From an uncultured Chloroflexia bacterium (lineage in GTDB: Bacteria; Chloroflexota; Limnocylindria; Limnocylindrales; CSP1-4): a stretch of DNA of 64,000 nucleotides. Position numbers and translations under genes: made by a program. Numbering within the stretch: position 1 is the stretch's first letter; every line of letters begins with the position of its first letter. The notes under the pieces are model-generated. The model was not told the DNA's origin. It made no database searches and saw nothing but the letters and a program-made list of their open reading frames with translations. This document shows, in pieces, positions 19,702 through 29,517 of the stretch. The stretch is taken from positions 256,001 through 320,000 of the forward strand of contig CAVVJT010000003.1 of the NCBI GenBank assembly GCA_963748625.1, read 5' to 3'.

Positions 19702-20784
19702 GTGACACTCGACAACGTTGCCTCGCGGACCGTCGCGGCTATCCGCGCAAGGCTGATGGTTGACCCCGAGTGGTCGATCGACCTGCCCGACGGGTTCGCC
19801 TGGTGGGGCCACGACGTACGTCAGGAGATCACGGCGCGCCTCGAGGCTGGCGGCACTGGCGATGCCCGCGCCCGGGTGCTCATCAGGACCGAGCTGGTGC
19901 GGGGCGTCACCGCGAGCGGTGCGCACCTTGCCCATCTCGTGACCGCCATGAACGGCAGGCCGCTCGGCGGCGCCGCTCGTGTGCTTGGCGACGGACGGCT
20001 TGTCATCGAGGCGACCTTTCCTGGAGCCGACGAGACCATCGGCCGGATCGTCCATGCCGCAGCGACCGCGGCAACGATGGCCCTCACCGTGGGCCACGAC
20101 GTGGTCGAGGGCCGGCTGGCCGAGCTGGGCGGATCGATTGCCACGAGCGAGCACCCCACCAGCGGACGCCGATGGAATCCCGACCAGATGCTCGAACTGC
20201 CGCTCCAGTTCCCGCTCATCGCGATGCAACTCGAGGCGCAGGGTGGGGCGAACCCATGGTCGACGGCCGACGAGTGGGAGTACACGGCACGAACGGTCAC
20301 GAACCTGCGCGCCGGCGTATCGACGCCCGGCCCAACGTCGCTGACCGCGCAGTTCCCGCTCCGGGATCGCGCCGGTGGAGCAGACCCCATTGCGATGCTA
20401 CGAAACGAGTTTCCCACGGCGCTGCTTCGTGGTGACTGGCTGGCGGACACCACCGTCGGGGGTGGACCGACGCTCGGGCCTGGCATCGTCCTTCGGCTCT
20501 TCCTCCCAGCCATGTCGTATCCCGGGTTCGGCACGCTCGAGGAGGTGGCCGTCGCCCTGAACGCCGCCGAGATCGAGCGAGGCGGCGCCACCGGCGAGGT
20601 ATGGCCGGCGCATTTCGGCGCCTGGACACTCCAACCAAGCATCAACAGCCAATTGCTCGTCGCCTACGTGCTCTGGGCGCCCGCGATGCTGGCGAGCCGC
20701 ATCTCACTCACCGACCTCGTGCTCCAGCAGGCGTACCGAACGCGCAACGCCATCAACTGGCTCACCTCCGATCTCGGGCACTGA
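19702..20784 (+). CDS. Hypothetical protein, possibly two YbjN/T3SS-chaperone-like domains
   Basis: GGAG SD; FAWW...QEI and AVALNAAE...GAW patterns; fold call is tentative. Confidence 0.55.
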   Translation: MTLDNVASRTVAAIRARLMVDPEWSIDLPDGFAWWGHDVRQEITARLEAGGTGDARARVLIRTELVRGVTASGAHLAHLVTAMNGRPLGGAARVLGDGRLVIEATFPGADETIGRIVHAAATAATMALTVGHDVVEGRLAELGGSIATSEHPTSGRRWNPDQMLELPLQFPLIAMQLEAQGGANPWSTADEWEYTARTVTNLRAGVSTPGPTSLTAQFPLRDRAGGADPIAMLRNEFPTALLRGDWLADTTVGGGPTLGPGIVLRLFLPAMSYPGFGTLEEVAVALNAAEIERGGATGEVWPAHFGAWTLQPSINSQLLVAYVLWAPAMLASRISLTDLVLQQAYRTRNAINWLTSDLGH

Positions 20785-20840
20785 GACCGGTGACTGAGAA
20801 GGCCGCAACCTCGCCGAAGGTCCTACTCGCTTAGTCACGA

Positions 20841-21521
20841 ATGGGGATCCCCAGGGATCTCCGCCGGGGGTTGACAATCGGGGAAGCGTCCACCAGCCAT
20901 CGCTGGAGTCACGGCTGCCGTCCCCAGCTGACTTCCGGTACGTGGGGTGTTGTCTTGACCAAGAGTTGGCATGAGTGGGAGCCAGACGGGCCGGATGAAA
21001 GGTCGGTCCTCCTTGAGATCGCCCGGCACATGCGGAGCGCCTGGGAAGTTCGCGAGAAGCCCAAGAGCACGGCCTTCAAGGCCGGCCACCAGTTGGCATA
21101 CAAGGGTTGGAAGTTCCCCAGCGCGCTCGTTGACATGGCCGATCGATCGGAGGTCACAGGCGTCAAGGCATTGCGCGCCCTCATCATCGCCGGCCGGTAC
21201 GACTGGTTCGAGCGCGCGGCCGCGCTTGCTCCCGGTTCGGTCATCACGCCCATGGGTGCTGGAAGTGACGTCGAGCGCACGTGGCTCGCCAACCTCTACG
21301 GCCCGGCCACGCAACTGAGCCGGATCAGCATCGACGAAGCTGAGATCTGGATGGTCCCCGAGCAGCGTGGCTGGCGGGTGGCGGCGATCTTCGTTCACGA
21401 CGCCTCAGCAAGTGGGCTCAAGCCCGTCCTACAACTCGCGACTGCGACATCTGGTGGATGTCTTGTGGCGAGCGCCCTCGTTGGGGCGGTGCTGGTCGCG
21501 GTGATCCACTCCGTGCGTTAG
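20841..21521 (+). CDS. Hypothetical protein with C-terminal TM segment (start uncertain)
   Basis: ORF co-oriented with neighbours; hydrophobic C-terminus. Confidence 0.5.
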   Translation: MGIPRDLRRGLTIGEASTSHRWSHGCRPQLTSGTWGVVLTKSWHEWEPDGPDERSVLLEIARHMRSAWEVREKPKSTAFKAGHQLAYKGWKFPSALVDMADRSEVTGVKALRALIIAGRYDWFERAAALAPGSVITPMGAGSDVERTWLANLYGPATQLSRISIDEAEIWMVPEQRGWRVAAIFVHDASASGLKPVLQLATATSGGCLVASALVGAVLVAVIHSVR

Positions 21522-21557
21522 CCGGGCGACACGGCGTCCCACCAAGGAGAGTGTGAA

Positions 21558-21914
21558 TTGACGGGGAAGCTACCGACGACCTGCATGCACTGCGGCTACC
21601 CGCGCGAGCCGGGGTCGGGCCTACTCTGTGCGGCCTGCCGACAGCCCGTCTCCCCGGAGGCCGATGCTCTCCTTCGGAGCCCCGAGTTGCAGGAGGCGAC
21701 GCAGCGAGCGTTCACGCAGGCCATGTACGAGAGCCAGCGCTCGGGCGTCAACTGGGGCGGATTCTGGCTCGGACTCATCGTGGCGCTCGTCGCAGTAGGA
21801 ATTTCGCTCGGCAGCATGAACGGCGCGTCGCAGGGTGGCGGGGTATACGTCGTCTTCTGGGGGGCGGCCCTCTGGGGCGGCTGGAAGGCTCTCAAGAGCC
21901 TCGGGGGCGGGTGA
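21558..21914 (+). CDS. Zinc-ribbon plus two-TM membrane protein
   Basis: AAGGAG SD, TTG start; CMHC...CAAC; GGGVYVVFWGA TM motif. Confidence 0.75.
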   Translation: MTGKLPTTCMHCGYPREPGSGLLCAACRQPVSPEADALLRSPELQEATQRAFTQAMYESQRSGVNWGGFWLGLIVALVAVGISLGSMNGASQGGGVYVVFWGAALWGGWKALKSLGGG

Positions 21915-22048
21915 TCACAGACAGTCGACAAGGCCACCGCGTCCCCTATTCCAGCAGAGCCAGCGCGCGAGGGTGACCCGGTGGTGAACGCCAGGGCTGG
22001 GCTGGTACCACGTGCCGGCGACTCCCGCGAGCATCACGACCGCCGAGC

Positions 22049-22092
22049 GGGACCAAAGGACCGTCAGTCAGCGCGAACGGGCCAAACGTCCC
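22049..22092. promoter_or_regulatory. Pair of 14-bp near-palindromic boxes resembling DosR/DevR (NarL-family) sites
   Basis: GGGACCAAAGGACC (22049) and GGGCCAAACGTCCC (22079), each 11/14 to GGGACTAAAGTCCC, 30 bp apart, upstream of the kinase operon. Confidence 0.35.
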
Positions 22093-22185
22093 ATTGGGAG
22101 CGGGGGGAATCATGCAACGCTGCGATCGATGCCCTGGCTCCGTGTTGACCGACGCCAAGGGCCAGCAGGGGGGATCACGCGTCCC

Positions 22186-22935
22186 ATGCGGTCAGACGCA
22201 TTCCATCTCGAAGACGAGCTCCTCGGTGATCGATACCGGGTTGTGGCAGATCTCGGGGCGGGCGCCTTTGGCCGCGTCGTGAGCGCCCGAGACACCTCCC
22301 TTGACCGCGACGTCGCGGTCAAGCTCGTAGCGTTGCCGTCAGGGCAGCGCCCTCCCGTTGCCGACGTTCTCCGGGAGGCACGAGTCGCGAGCGCTGCCGC
22401 CCCTGCTGCGGTCGTCGTCTATGACGTCCTCTCGTCACCCGACGGCATCGGGATCGTGATGGAGCTGGTGCCACGTGGCTCGCTGGTTCCGGCCGTTCGC
22501 GCTGGAACTCCCGCGCCACGCGCCTACGATCTCGGTCGAGCGACGCTCGAGGCGATGGCGCTTGTCCACGCGGCCGGTGTGATGCATCTGGATCTCCACC
22601 CGGGAAACCTGCTCGTCCGGGGCGACAGGTCCGTCGCCGTCGCGGACTTCGGTCTGGCGCGATTCCGGCGGTCAGGCGGGTTCTCTCGTGGGGGCCACGA
22701 ACTCGTCTGGACCGCCCCGGAACTCCTGGACTACGGGGTCGTGTCGCCGCAGGCGGATGTCTTCGCGCTTGGCCTGGTCCTGCGCTGGATCGAGCGTCGA
22801 TCCGGAGTCACCTTCGGCGATGTCGTGTCCCGGGCGTGTGCCGTGGATCGCCGTGAACGACCGCGCGATGCGGCGGACTTCCTCGCTGCTATCGCGGAAC
22901 GACCCGCAAGCGCCGCAGCTGGGGTGCGTTCTTGA
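22186..22935 (+). CDS. Stand-alone Hanks-type Ser/Thr protein kinase
   Basis: GAGAFGRV, VAVK, HLDLHPGN, DFGLA, APE and ADVFALG motifs. Confidence 0.9.
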   Translation: MRSDAFHLEDELLGDRYRVVADLGAGAFGRVVSARDTSLDRDVAVKLVALPSGQRPPVADVLREARVASAAAPAAVVVYDVLSSPDGIGIVMELVPRGSLVPAVRAGTPAPRAYDLGRATLEAMALVHAAGVMHLDLHPGNLLVRGDRSVAVADFGLARFRRSGGFSRGGHELVWTAPELLDYGVVSPQADVFALGLVLRWIERRSGVTFGDVVSRACAVDRRERPRDAADFLAAIAERPASAAAGVRS

Positions 22936-25475
22936 GCCTCCTCGACCTCTTCCAGCGGCATCCTGCGGTCGACCGGGTGGCTGCAATGGTGGACGCAGCC
23001 GATGCCGTCATCGAGAACGATCCGCACCTGTCTCGGATGCACCTTCGTGATCTCGGGAGGCGTCCGTGGTTCAGGGCGCCGGACAGCAATCGGATCAGCT
23101 ATGGGTTCGCGTTGCGCGCTTACGCCGCGTGGCTCGAGCGGGACCTCACGGCCGCCCTCTTGGACATGCGCGGGGTCACTGGGTTGTCGCCGGTCGCCGA
23201 ACCGCTGCTTCCACTCGTCCCTCTTCTATCGGGTGGGGCGGCCGGAGACTTCGAGGGTCAGGCGCAGCTCGTCGCCGACCGATTTGGCGGGTGCGGACGG
23301 TCGTCGTGCAACCATCCGATCGGGCTGGAGGCAGCGCTCGCCCTGATGCGGCAGGCGGACGAGGCGCCGGCCCTCGTGCGGTGGGCGCTGCGCTCGCCTG
23401 AGCACGAGGCGCCCCTACGCATCGCTGCCTTCGGACGCGCCTGGCAGTTGGGTGCACGCGACGATGCCGAGCAGGCTCTTGATGGTCCCGGAGAGCGACT
23501 TCTCCTCGCGCGAGCGCGCGTCGCGTACGACACGGCCGAGCACGCACGGGTCATCGAGATGCTCCCGCCGGATCATGAGCTTTCGATCCGTTCGACGCTC
23601 TCGCTGCTCCTGCAAGGCGAGGCCGTGCCCGACGCGAACCGCCAGGCGGTCGAATCGGAATGCGGACGCGACGCGACCGTGGCCATCTTGCTCGAAGAGG
23701 CGGACGGACGCTACGCGAATGCAGCCGTCGCGTGGAGACGCGCGGGGAACGCGGGACGCGCCTGGGAAGCGGAAGCGCTATCTGATCCGCGTCACGCTGG
23801 TCAGCCGCCGGCCATGTCCGGCCTTCACCGCGGCACCGTGTGGTATGCGCACGCGGCCGGATCAGCTCCAAGACCGGCTGACCCGCCAGCCACCCAGATC
23901 GACCACCACAACGCCGAGGTGGGAGTCGGACGGACGCAGCTCCGCCGCGTCCGGGAGAGTCGCAGGCCCCCTGACCGATCCTCAGCTGACCCAGGGGTTG
24001 CACGTCTCGACGAGGTGCTTGGGATCCTGGGCGAAGAGCCGCGACGAGCGGCGTCGATGCTGGCAGCCACCAGCCCAGATGCGCCACCGCGTGAGCTCGT
24101 CGCGTCCATGGCGACGGCTCCAACGAAACGTGGGGCGAACCCAGGGCCCCACTGGGCGGTCTGGAGCGAAACCCACCACCAGGTCGTTCCCTTGCCGCGC
24201 CGCGCGCACCCCGTTCACTGGCTGGCCAGCCGCCAAGGGCTCGCGGTTCCCGCTCGCGAGGACCTCGATCAGCTTCCGCACGAGCAACGGCTGCCCGTGC
24301 TGGCGGCCGTCGTCGGGGCCGGGGAGGCCTGGGCTCGGGCAACCGCGTCAGGCGCGCTGACCACGGCCGCGCTGGGCGCCGCCTTGCCCCAGGCCCTGCC
24401 CGACCTGCCGGCCCTCGCGGTAGCTGTGGCGACGCGCGTGGATCTGGATCCGGCGATGCGCAGACACGCGTCGATCGTTGCGGGCGCGGCCCTGGCCAAC
24501 GGGGTAGCCCGTGGCGCGTGGGATGCGGAGGCCGCCGCGGCGGCGGCTCGGCGCGTCACTGCCACGGTCGCGGACCTGCTCCCAAGTCCTGAGCAGCTAT
24601 CGAGCGATGAGGCATTCAGGATCGACAGCGAGGTACTGGAGGCATTCTCAAAGACCGCGCGACGACGCGCCGTCGGGCCCGTGCTCCGGTTCCTCGCGGA
24701 TCTGCCGCTGCCCGCAAGCATGCCGAAGAGCGTCTCCAGCCTCTACACGTCCCAACCGGCCCTCGCCGTCCTGCTTCTCAAGGCGGGCCGGCCGGACGCG
24801 GCACGTCGCGCCTTCCAGCAGGGTGACGGAGCAGACACGGCCCTCGCCGCCGAGATTGCCGCAGCGGTGGCGGATCGCCACCTTGCCGCAAAGCGGCCCG
24901 TCGACGCGTTGCACGAGCTGGCGACTGTTCCGAATCCAAAGGACCTGGCACGTGTGGACATCGACCTGCTCGACCGAGTGGCCGCCGGCATCGTGCGCGA
25001 GCGCGGAAGTGTTCCGATTGACGCTGTCCTCAAGGATGCCGACATCCTCCTCGCCCACGTTCGTGGAGTGGCATCTGTGGCAACCATGGTTGTCGAACTA
25101 CTCCTGAGGCGAACAACCAACCGTCCCGGCAGCGCTGCCCTTGACGTTGCCGACCTGGAGCGCGCCTACAAGATCGACCCCGACCACCCGGTGGTGAGGC
25201 GATCCCTGTCGTTCTCGCTCGTGGTGCGTGGAATGGAAACGGCCGAGACTCGACCGATTCAGGCCGTGGCTGACGTGGATCGCGCGACCGACCTCTACAT
25301 GGCGGATGCCCAACTGGTCGAGATGGCCTCGAAGGTGGCGCTCCACGCGGGTGCGATCCTCTGGGGCAAGCAGCACAACCGTGCTGCCGCCAGCAGGGCG
25401 ATCGAGGTTGCCTTGTCTATCGACCCCCGCAATGGCGATGCCCTGGCGGCTCGACGGATCATCCGAGGCTACTGA
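22932..25475 (+). CDS. Large alpha-helical / TPR-like protein
   Basis: Ala/Leu-rich; LERAYKIDPDH and IEVALSIDPRNGDA TPR-type motifs; 4-bp overlap with the kinase. Confidence 0.75.
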   Translation: MSLLDLFQRHPAVDRVAAMVDAADAVIENDPHLSRMHLRDLGRRPWFRAPDSNRISYGFALRAYAAWLERDLTAALLDMRGVTGLSPVAEPLLPLVPLLSGGAAGDFEGQAQLVADRFGGCGRSSCNHPIGLEAALALMRQADEAPALVRWALRSPEHEAPLRIAAFGRAWQLGARDDAEQALDGPGERLLLARARVAYDTAEHARVIEMLPPDHELSIRSTLSLLLQGEAVPDANRQAVESECGRDATVAILLEEADGRYANAAVAWRRAGNAGRAWEAEALSDPRHAGQPPAMSGLHRGTVWYAHAAGSAPRPADPPATQIDHHNAEVGVGRTQLRRVRESRRPPDRSSADPGVARLDEVLGILGEEPRRAASMLAATSPDAPPRELVASMATAPTKRGANPGPHWAVWSETHHQVVPLPRRAHPVHWLASRQGLAVPAREDLDQLPHEQRLPVLAAVVGAGEAWARATASGALTTAALGAALPQALPDLPALAVAVATRVDLDPAMRRHASIVAGAALANGVARGAWDAEAAAAAARRVTATVADLLPSPEQLSSDEAFRIDSEVLEAFSKTARRRAVGPVLRFLADLPLPASMPKSVSSLYTSQPALAVLLLKAGRPDAARRAFQQGDGADTALAAEIAAAVADRHLAAKRPVDALHELATVPNPKDLARVDIDLLDRVAAGIVRERGSVPIDAVLKDADILLAHVRGVASVATMVVELLLRRTTNRPGSAALDVADLERAYKIDPDHPVVRRSLSFSLVVRGMETAETRPIQAVADVDRATDLYMADAQLVEMASKVALHAGAILWGKQHNRAAASRAIEVALSIDPRNGDALAARRIIRGY

Positions 25476-25846
25476 TGAACGATCCGTTCGAGACGCTCCA
25501 GCAGTTCGACGACTTCGGTGCCTCGTCCATCTCGACGGCCTTCGCGGCGGCGATCGCACGTGGCGTGCCGGTGACGGAGGCAAGAGCGGCGATGGACGCG
25601 CTTCGTGATCCCGTGGAGCGGTCTGCGGCAGCGATCCTGGCCCCCTCGATGTCTGAGGCCGCTCGCCGTCGCCGCGCAGCGGCGCCAGTCGATGACGCGA
25701 ACCCCGCCGTGGAGACGGCGCTCCGCGCATTGGCATGGGCTGCAGACGAGATGGACCAGGAGCTCGCCTCCACCGCACAGCGGCCGACGCGCGCTGACGT
25801 GGTCGACCAGGTCCTGCCGCCCCTGCCGGAGCATCTGGAACCGTGA
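25475..25846 (+). CDS. Degenerate J-domain-like protein lacking HPD
   Basis: NDPFETL...SISTAF...EARAAMDALRDPVER mirrors the J-domain DPYxxL...I.KAY...EAY..L.DP..R pattern; sits next to GrpE/Hsp70. Confidence 0.55.
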   Translation: MNDPFETLQQFDDFGASSISTAFAAAIARGVPVTEARAAMDALRDPVERSAAAILAPSMSEAARRRRAAAPVDDANPAVETALRALAWAADEMDQELASTAQRPTRADVVDQVLPPLPEHLEP

Positions 25847-26262
25847 GCGCCCCTGGGATTGCCGCGGAAACTGGAGCCCTGCTGCGGGCGCTCGCGGACA
25901 CGCGCGACGAGATTCGACAGAAGGAGCGCGATCACCGACGCACGACCGACGCCCTATTGCGCGAGGTCATGGACGTTGCCGACGGGGTCGAGCGCCTGCA
26001 CAAGACCATGCCACCCGATCAGGCAATCGCGCTGCAGGCTGTCGTCGCACAGATCCATGAGTTGCTCGCATCCCATGAACTCGTGGCCTTCCGACCAGCA
26101 GTTGGCAGCGATGTCGACGGCCGCTCATGCGAAGTGATGGCGACAGTGGAGCGGACAGGCCTGCGGCCGGGCACGGTTACGGCAGTTATCAGGTCCGGCT
26201 ACCGAGGTGGTGACCGGATTGTTCGGCGCGCAGGCGTCGAGATCGTGAAGGAGCAGGCATGA
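25843..26262 (+). CDS. grpE: GrpE-like nucleotide exchange factor
   Basis: LLREVMDVADGVER; PGTVTAVIRSGYRGGDRIVRRAGVEI. Confidence 0.85.
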   Translation: MSAPGIAAETGALLRALADTRDEIRQKERDHRRTTDALLREVMDVADGVERLHKTMPPDQAIALQAVVAQIHELLASHELVAFRPAVGSDVDGRSCEVMATVERTGLRPGTVTAVIRSGYRGGDRIVRRAGVEIVKEQA

Positions 26263-28513
26263 CGCGTGCCATCGGCATCGATCTGGGTACCACCAACTCC
26301 GTCGTCGCAACGATCTCGCGCGGCAAGCCGCAGGTCGTTCCTACCCGGAACGATGACCGGGACTGGACTCCCTCGCTGGTGCTCCATGAGGGGGGCACGT
26401 TCACCGTCGGCCATGAAGTCGATGCGATCGCGTCAGCCCGCGCTTCCGTCGTCGCCCATTCAGTGAAGCGGCTCATCGGTCGCCGCTATCACGACGCCGA
26501 GGTCGAGCGGATGCTCGCAGACCGGCGATTCCTGTTTCCCGTCGTCGAGCACCCCGACCACCCAGGTGAGATCGGCATCGATCTCGATGGCCTCATCCTC
26601 ACGCCGGAGCAGGTGTCCGCGCAGGTACTCCGCAGCCTGAAGGCCGATGCGGAACACACGCTCGGCGAGTCCGTCGGGCACGCCGTCATCACCGTTCCGG
26701 CGTACTTCCGCGACCCGTCGATCGTCGCAACCCGGGAGGCTGGGCGGATCGCCGGACTGCGGGTGCAGCATGTGATGCCTGAACCGACGGCTGCTGCCCT
26801 CGCCTATGCGCTGGGGGACGACGACGCCATCGAGGGCGTGCGCCATGTGCTCGTGTACGACTTCGGCGGCGGAACCTTCGACGTGTCGATCCTCATGTCA
26901 GCACCAGGGGCTCCGCTCCAGGTGCTCGCAGTGGACGGGGACAACTTCCTCGGTGGTGACGACATCGACTTCGAGATCGCCATGTACTGGGACCGCGAGA
27001 TGCGCACGGAGCTCGGCGTCTCGATCCTGGACGGCAGCGGCATCTCGCGCTCAGGACCGTATCCGTTGGCGGCGGTGCAGTGGACGCTGCGTGGCGTGGC
27101 GCGTGACGCGAAGGAGAAGCTCGCCGGAAGTGCCCCGTCCAAGAGCATGACGAAGCCCGCGCTCATCCTCCGGGACGACGGAACCATGCTCAGTCCCACG
27201 TGGACCCTCACGCGTGACGTCCTCGCTCGCTTCGCGGACCCGAAGATCGACCGGACGTTCGAGGTCGTGGAGCGAGCGCTCGCAGACGCGAAGCTCACTG
27301 CCGCCGACATTCACGATGTCGTCGTCGTGGGCGGATCGACCAAGCTGGCGGGCGTGCTCGAACGATTGCGCGCGATGTTTCCAGCCGCCGAGATCCGCAA
27401 CTCGATTAGCCCAATGCTCGTGGTCGGCGTCGGGGCCGCCCAACAGACGCGCATGCTTCTTCCGTGGGCCTGCTCGGAGTGCGGACGGACGAACGATGCG
27501 ACCGCGTCCCAGTGCCTGGGCTGTGGCGCGAACGGCGATCGGCCGGAGCATGATTGCCCGGCCTGCGGGGCCATCTTCGCCACCAGCGACAACTCCTGTC
27601 CCAATCCCGCCTGCACGACGCGCATCACGCGTCCCGCGGCGCCGGTGGAAGTCCTGTCACACACACTGATGCTCAAGACGGTGGGCGGCGAGTGGCACCC
27701 CATCGTCGAACGGGGAACCCCGGTGTTCCCGTCACGGAAGCAGGCGGCAACGCCATCTGCATGGGAGCCCTTCTCCGCCCATCGAACAGGGCAGGGTATC
27801 GAGCTGCCGGTCGGCCAGGCGGGCGATGCCGGTCGTGAGCCAACTCCCATCGCCCACTTCCGCGTCATCAACCCGCCGCCGACCTGGTGGCAGGCGACCG
27901 AGTCAATGTGAGACTCGTCCTCGGGGGCGATCGTGCCGCCGGCGCCGAGGTCGAGATCCGCGGACAGCTATACGCCACCGAGCGGGTCGACTTCGCCGAT
28001 ACGGAGGCAGTTGCCGGAGATGCTCAGGACGACGAGGAGGACGGCGAGGACTCCAGCGGGCGTGCGGGCTGGTACCGCCTGCTTGCCTCAGGCGTCAACC
28101 TCCTCCCGGGTTCGTCACACAATCCGGGAGCCCAGGCGTTCGTGGAGGAGCTGCGTGAGGCGAGCGCGGAGCTCGAGCGGATTGCCGACCGCATCGAGGT
28201 GGCCGCGAGGGCTGGCGACTCGGCGGCCGTCGCGCGACTCGAACAGGAGGCAGAGGATCACATCGAGGAGAACCTGCCCATCACGCCCACCTTGGCGCTC
28301 GCCGCGGTCCTCGCGACCGTCACGGACGACCTTGACGGCCGCCGCGACCTTCAGGCTGGCCTCGAGGACGTGCGGCAGGCAATCAGCATGGGGAGCGTCG
28401 AAGACGTGAGGCTCGCGTTTTCGTCGCTCAACGACGTCATGTCGCGTGTGAAGTTCCCCGACCACGAGGTCGCGGGCGCCGATGCCAACCTCTTGGCGCG
28501 GTACCGCCAGTGA
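26259..28513 (+). CDS. Atypical Hsp70/DnaK-family protein with four CxxC motifs after the ATPase domain; frameshift near 27880 joins ORFs 26259-27911 and 27887-28513
   Basis: GIDLGTTNS, AVITVPAYF, EPTAAALAY, YDFGGGTFDVS, LGGDDID and VGGSTK motifs; CSEC/CLGC/CPAC/CPNPAC; the second ORF has no clear SD and continues DLVAGDRVNVRL. Confidence 0.88.
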
Positions 28514-29517
28514 CGCATCTCGGCGCGGAGAAGGAGTTGGCGATCGGGACACTGGACTGGCCGGTCCAGTGTCCCGTCGATCGGCGCTGGCTCACCGACG
28601 TCGAAACCTGCCCTGATTGCGGTTCGCCCTTGGGGCCGCTCCGAGCCCTCAACGACCTCGCTGGGTCGTTGCTCGATCAGGCCGCCGCAAGCACTGATCC
28701 CGAGACGGCCGTCCACCTCGTGTCGCACGCAGCCACGCTGGTTCCCCCAAGCGAGCACTTCGAGGTTGCTGCGGCCGACGCCCTCGAACGCGCCGGACGG
28801 CCGGACCTCGCCCTCGAACGGGTTGAGGCGGCACTTCGGATCGCTCCCCGTCGCACTGACCTCCAGGAGCGGGCAGCCACCCTCCGGAACCGACCAGCGC
28901 CACGCCCCCGATCGTGGACTCCCTCCGCGCCGTGGGGCCGAATCGCGATCGCGGCCGTGATCCTCCTGGCGTTCGGAGCGGTTGGCGGCAGCGTCCTGGG
29001 TCGTTTCGCCGCCCAGCCAGCCGATCAGGGGACAGCCGCGGCGCCGACTGCGGTGGCACTCGCCTCGGCAAGCCCGGCCGTGCCGGCGGAGACGCCGTCT
29101 CCAGCCCCAACCTCGAGCGCATCGCCGGTGCCAGCCACGAGTGCGCCTCCGTCCCCCACGCCTGATCCCGCCCGAGTGGTTCGGGCCGCCCTTGCCGACA
29201 CCGAGATCCTTGGAGGGGCGAGTCTGGCGGTGGAGCGCGTCGGTGACACCGTGCGGATCTCTGGCCCGGTTGCCGACAAGGCGGCACTCAGACTCCTGGA
29301 GGCCGCCGTCGCTGGGATGGGGTCCGGCATCACCGTGGATCTTGGTGGGGTGACGTACCCACAACCGCGCTACGTGTACGTCCAGCCTGGCGACACCATG
29401 TGGTCGATCGCTGCTCGTACATATGGCAGCCCGAGGCGCTGGCGTGCCATCGTCGCCGCAAACCCCAGCGTTGATCCGGCGAGGCTCCGAGTGGGCCAGA
29501 GGCTGGTTCTGCCATGA
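28510..29517 (+). CDS. Zinc ribbon - TPR - TM - Pro linker - BON-like - LysM protein
   Basis: CPVD...CPDC; EAALRIAP; TM helix; VERVGDTVRISGPV; YVQPGDTMWSIAARTYG..RWRAIVAANP...LRVGQRLVLP. Confidence 0.85.
   Translation: MTHLGAEKELAIGTLDWPVQCPVDRRWLTDVETCPDCGSPLGPLRALNDLAGSLLDQAAASTDPETAVHLVSHAATLVPPSEHFEVAAADALERAGRPDLALERVEAALRIAPRRTDLQERAATLRNRPAPRPRSWTPSAPWGRIAIAAVILLAFGAVGGSVLGRFAAQPADQGTAAAPTAVALASASPAVPAETPSPAPTSSASPVPATSAPPSPTPDPARVVRAALADTEILGGASLAVERVGDTVRISGPVADKAALRLLEAAVAGMGSGITVDLGGVTYPQPRYVYVQPGDTMWSIAARTYGSPRRWRAIVAANPSVDPARLRVGQRLVLP

Noticed and set aside
27865-27911. Programmed ribosomal frameshift in Hsp70
   Set aside because: No slippery heptamer; similar indels occur across many unrelated genes, favouring error or decay
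26259-27911. Housekeeping dnaK
   Set aside because: Divergent sequence, zinc-ribbon insert, no canonical substrate-binding motifs, no hrcA or dnaJ context
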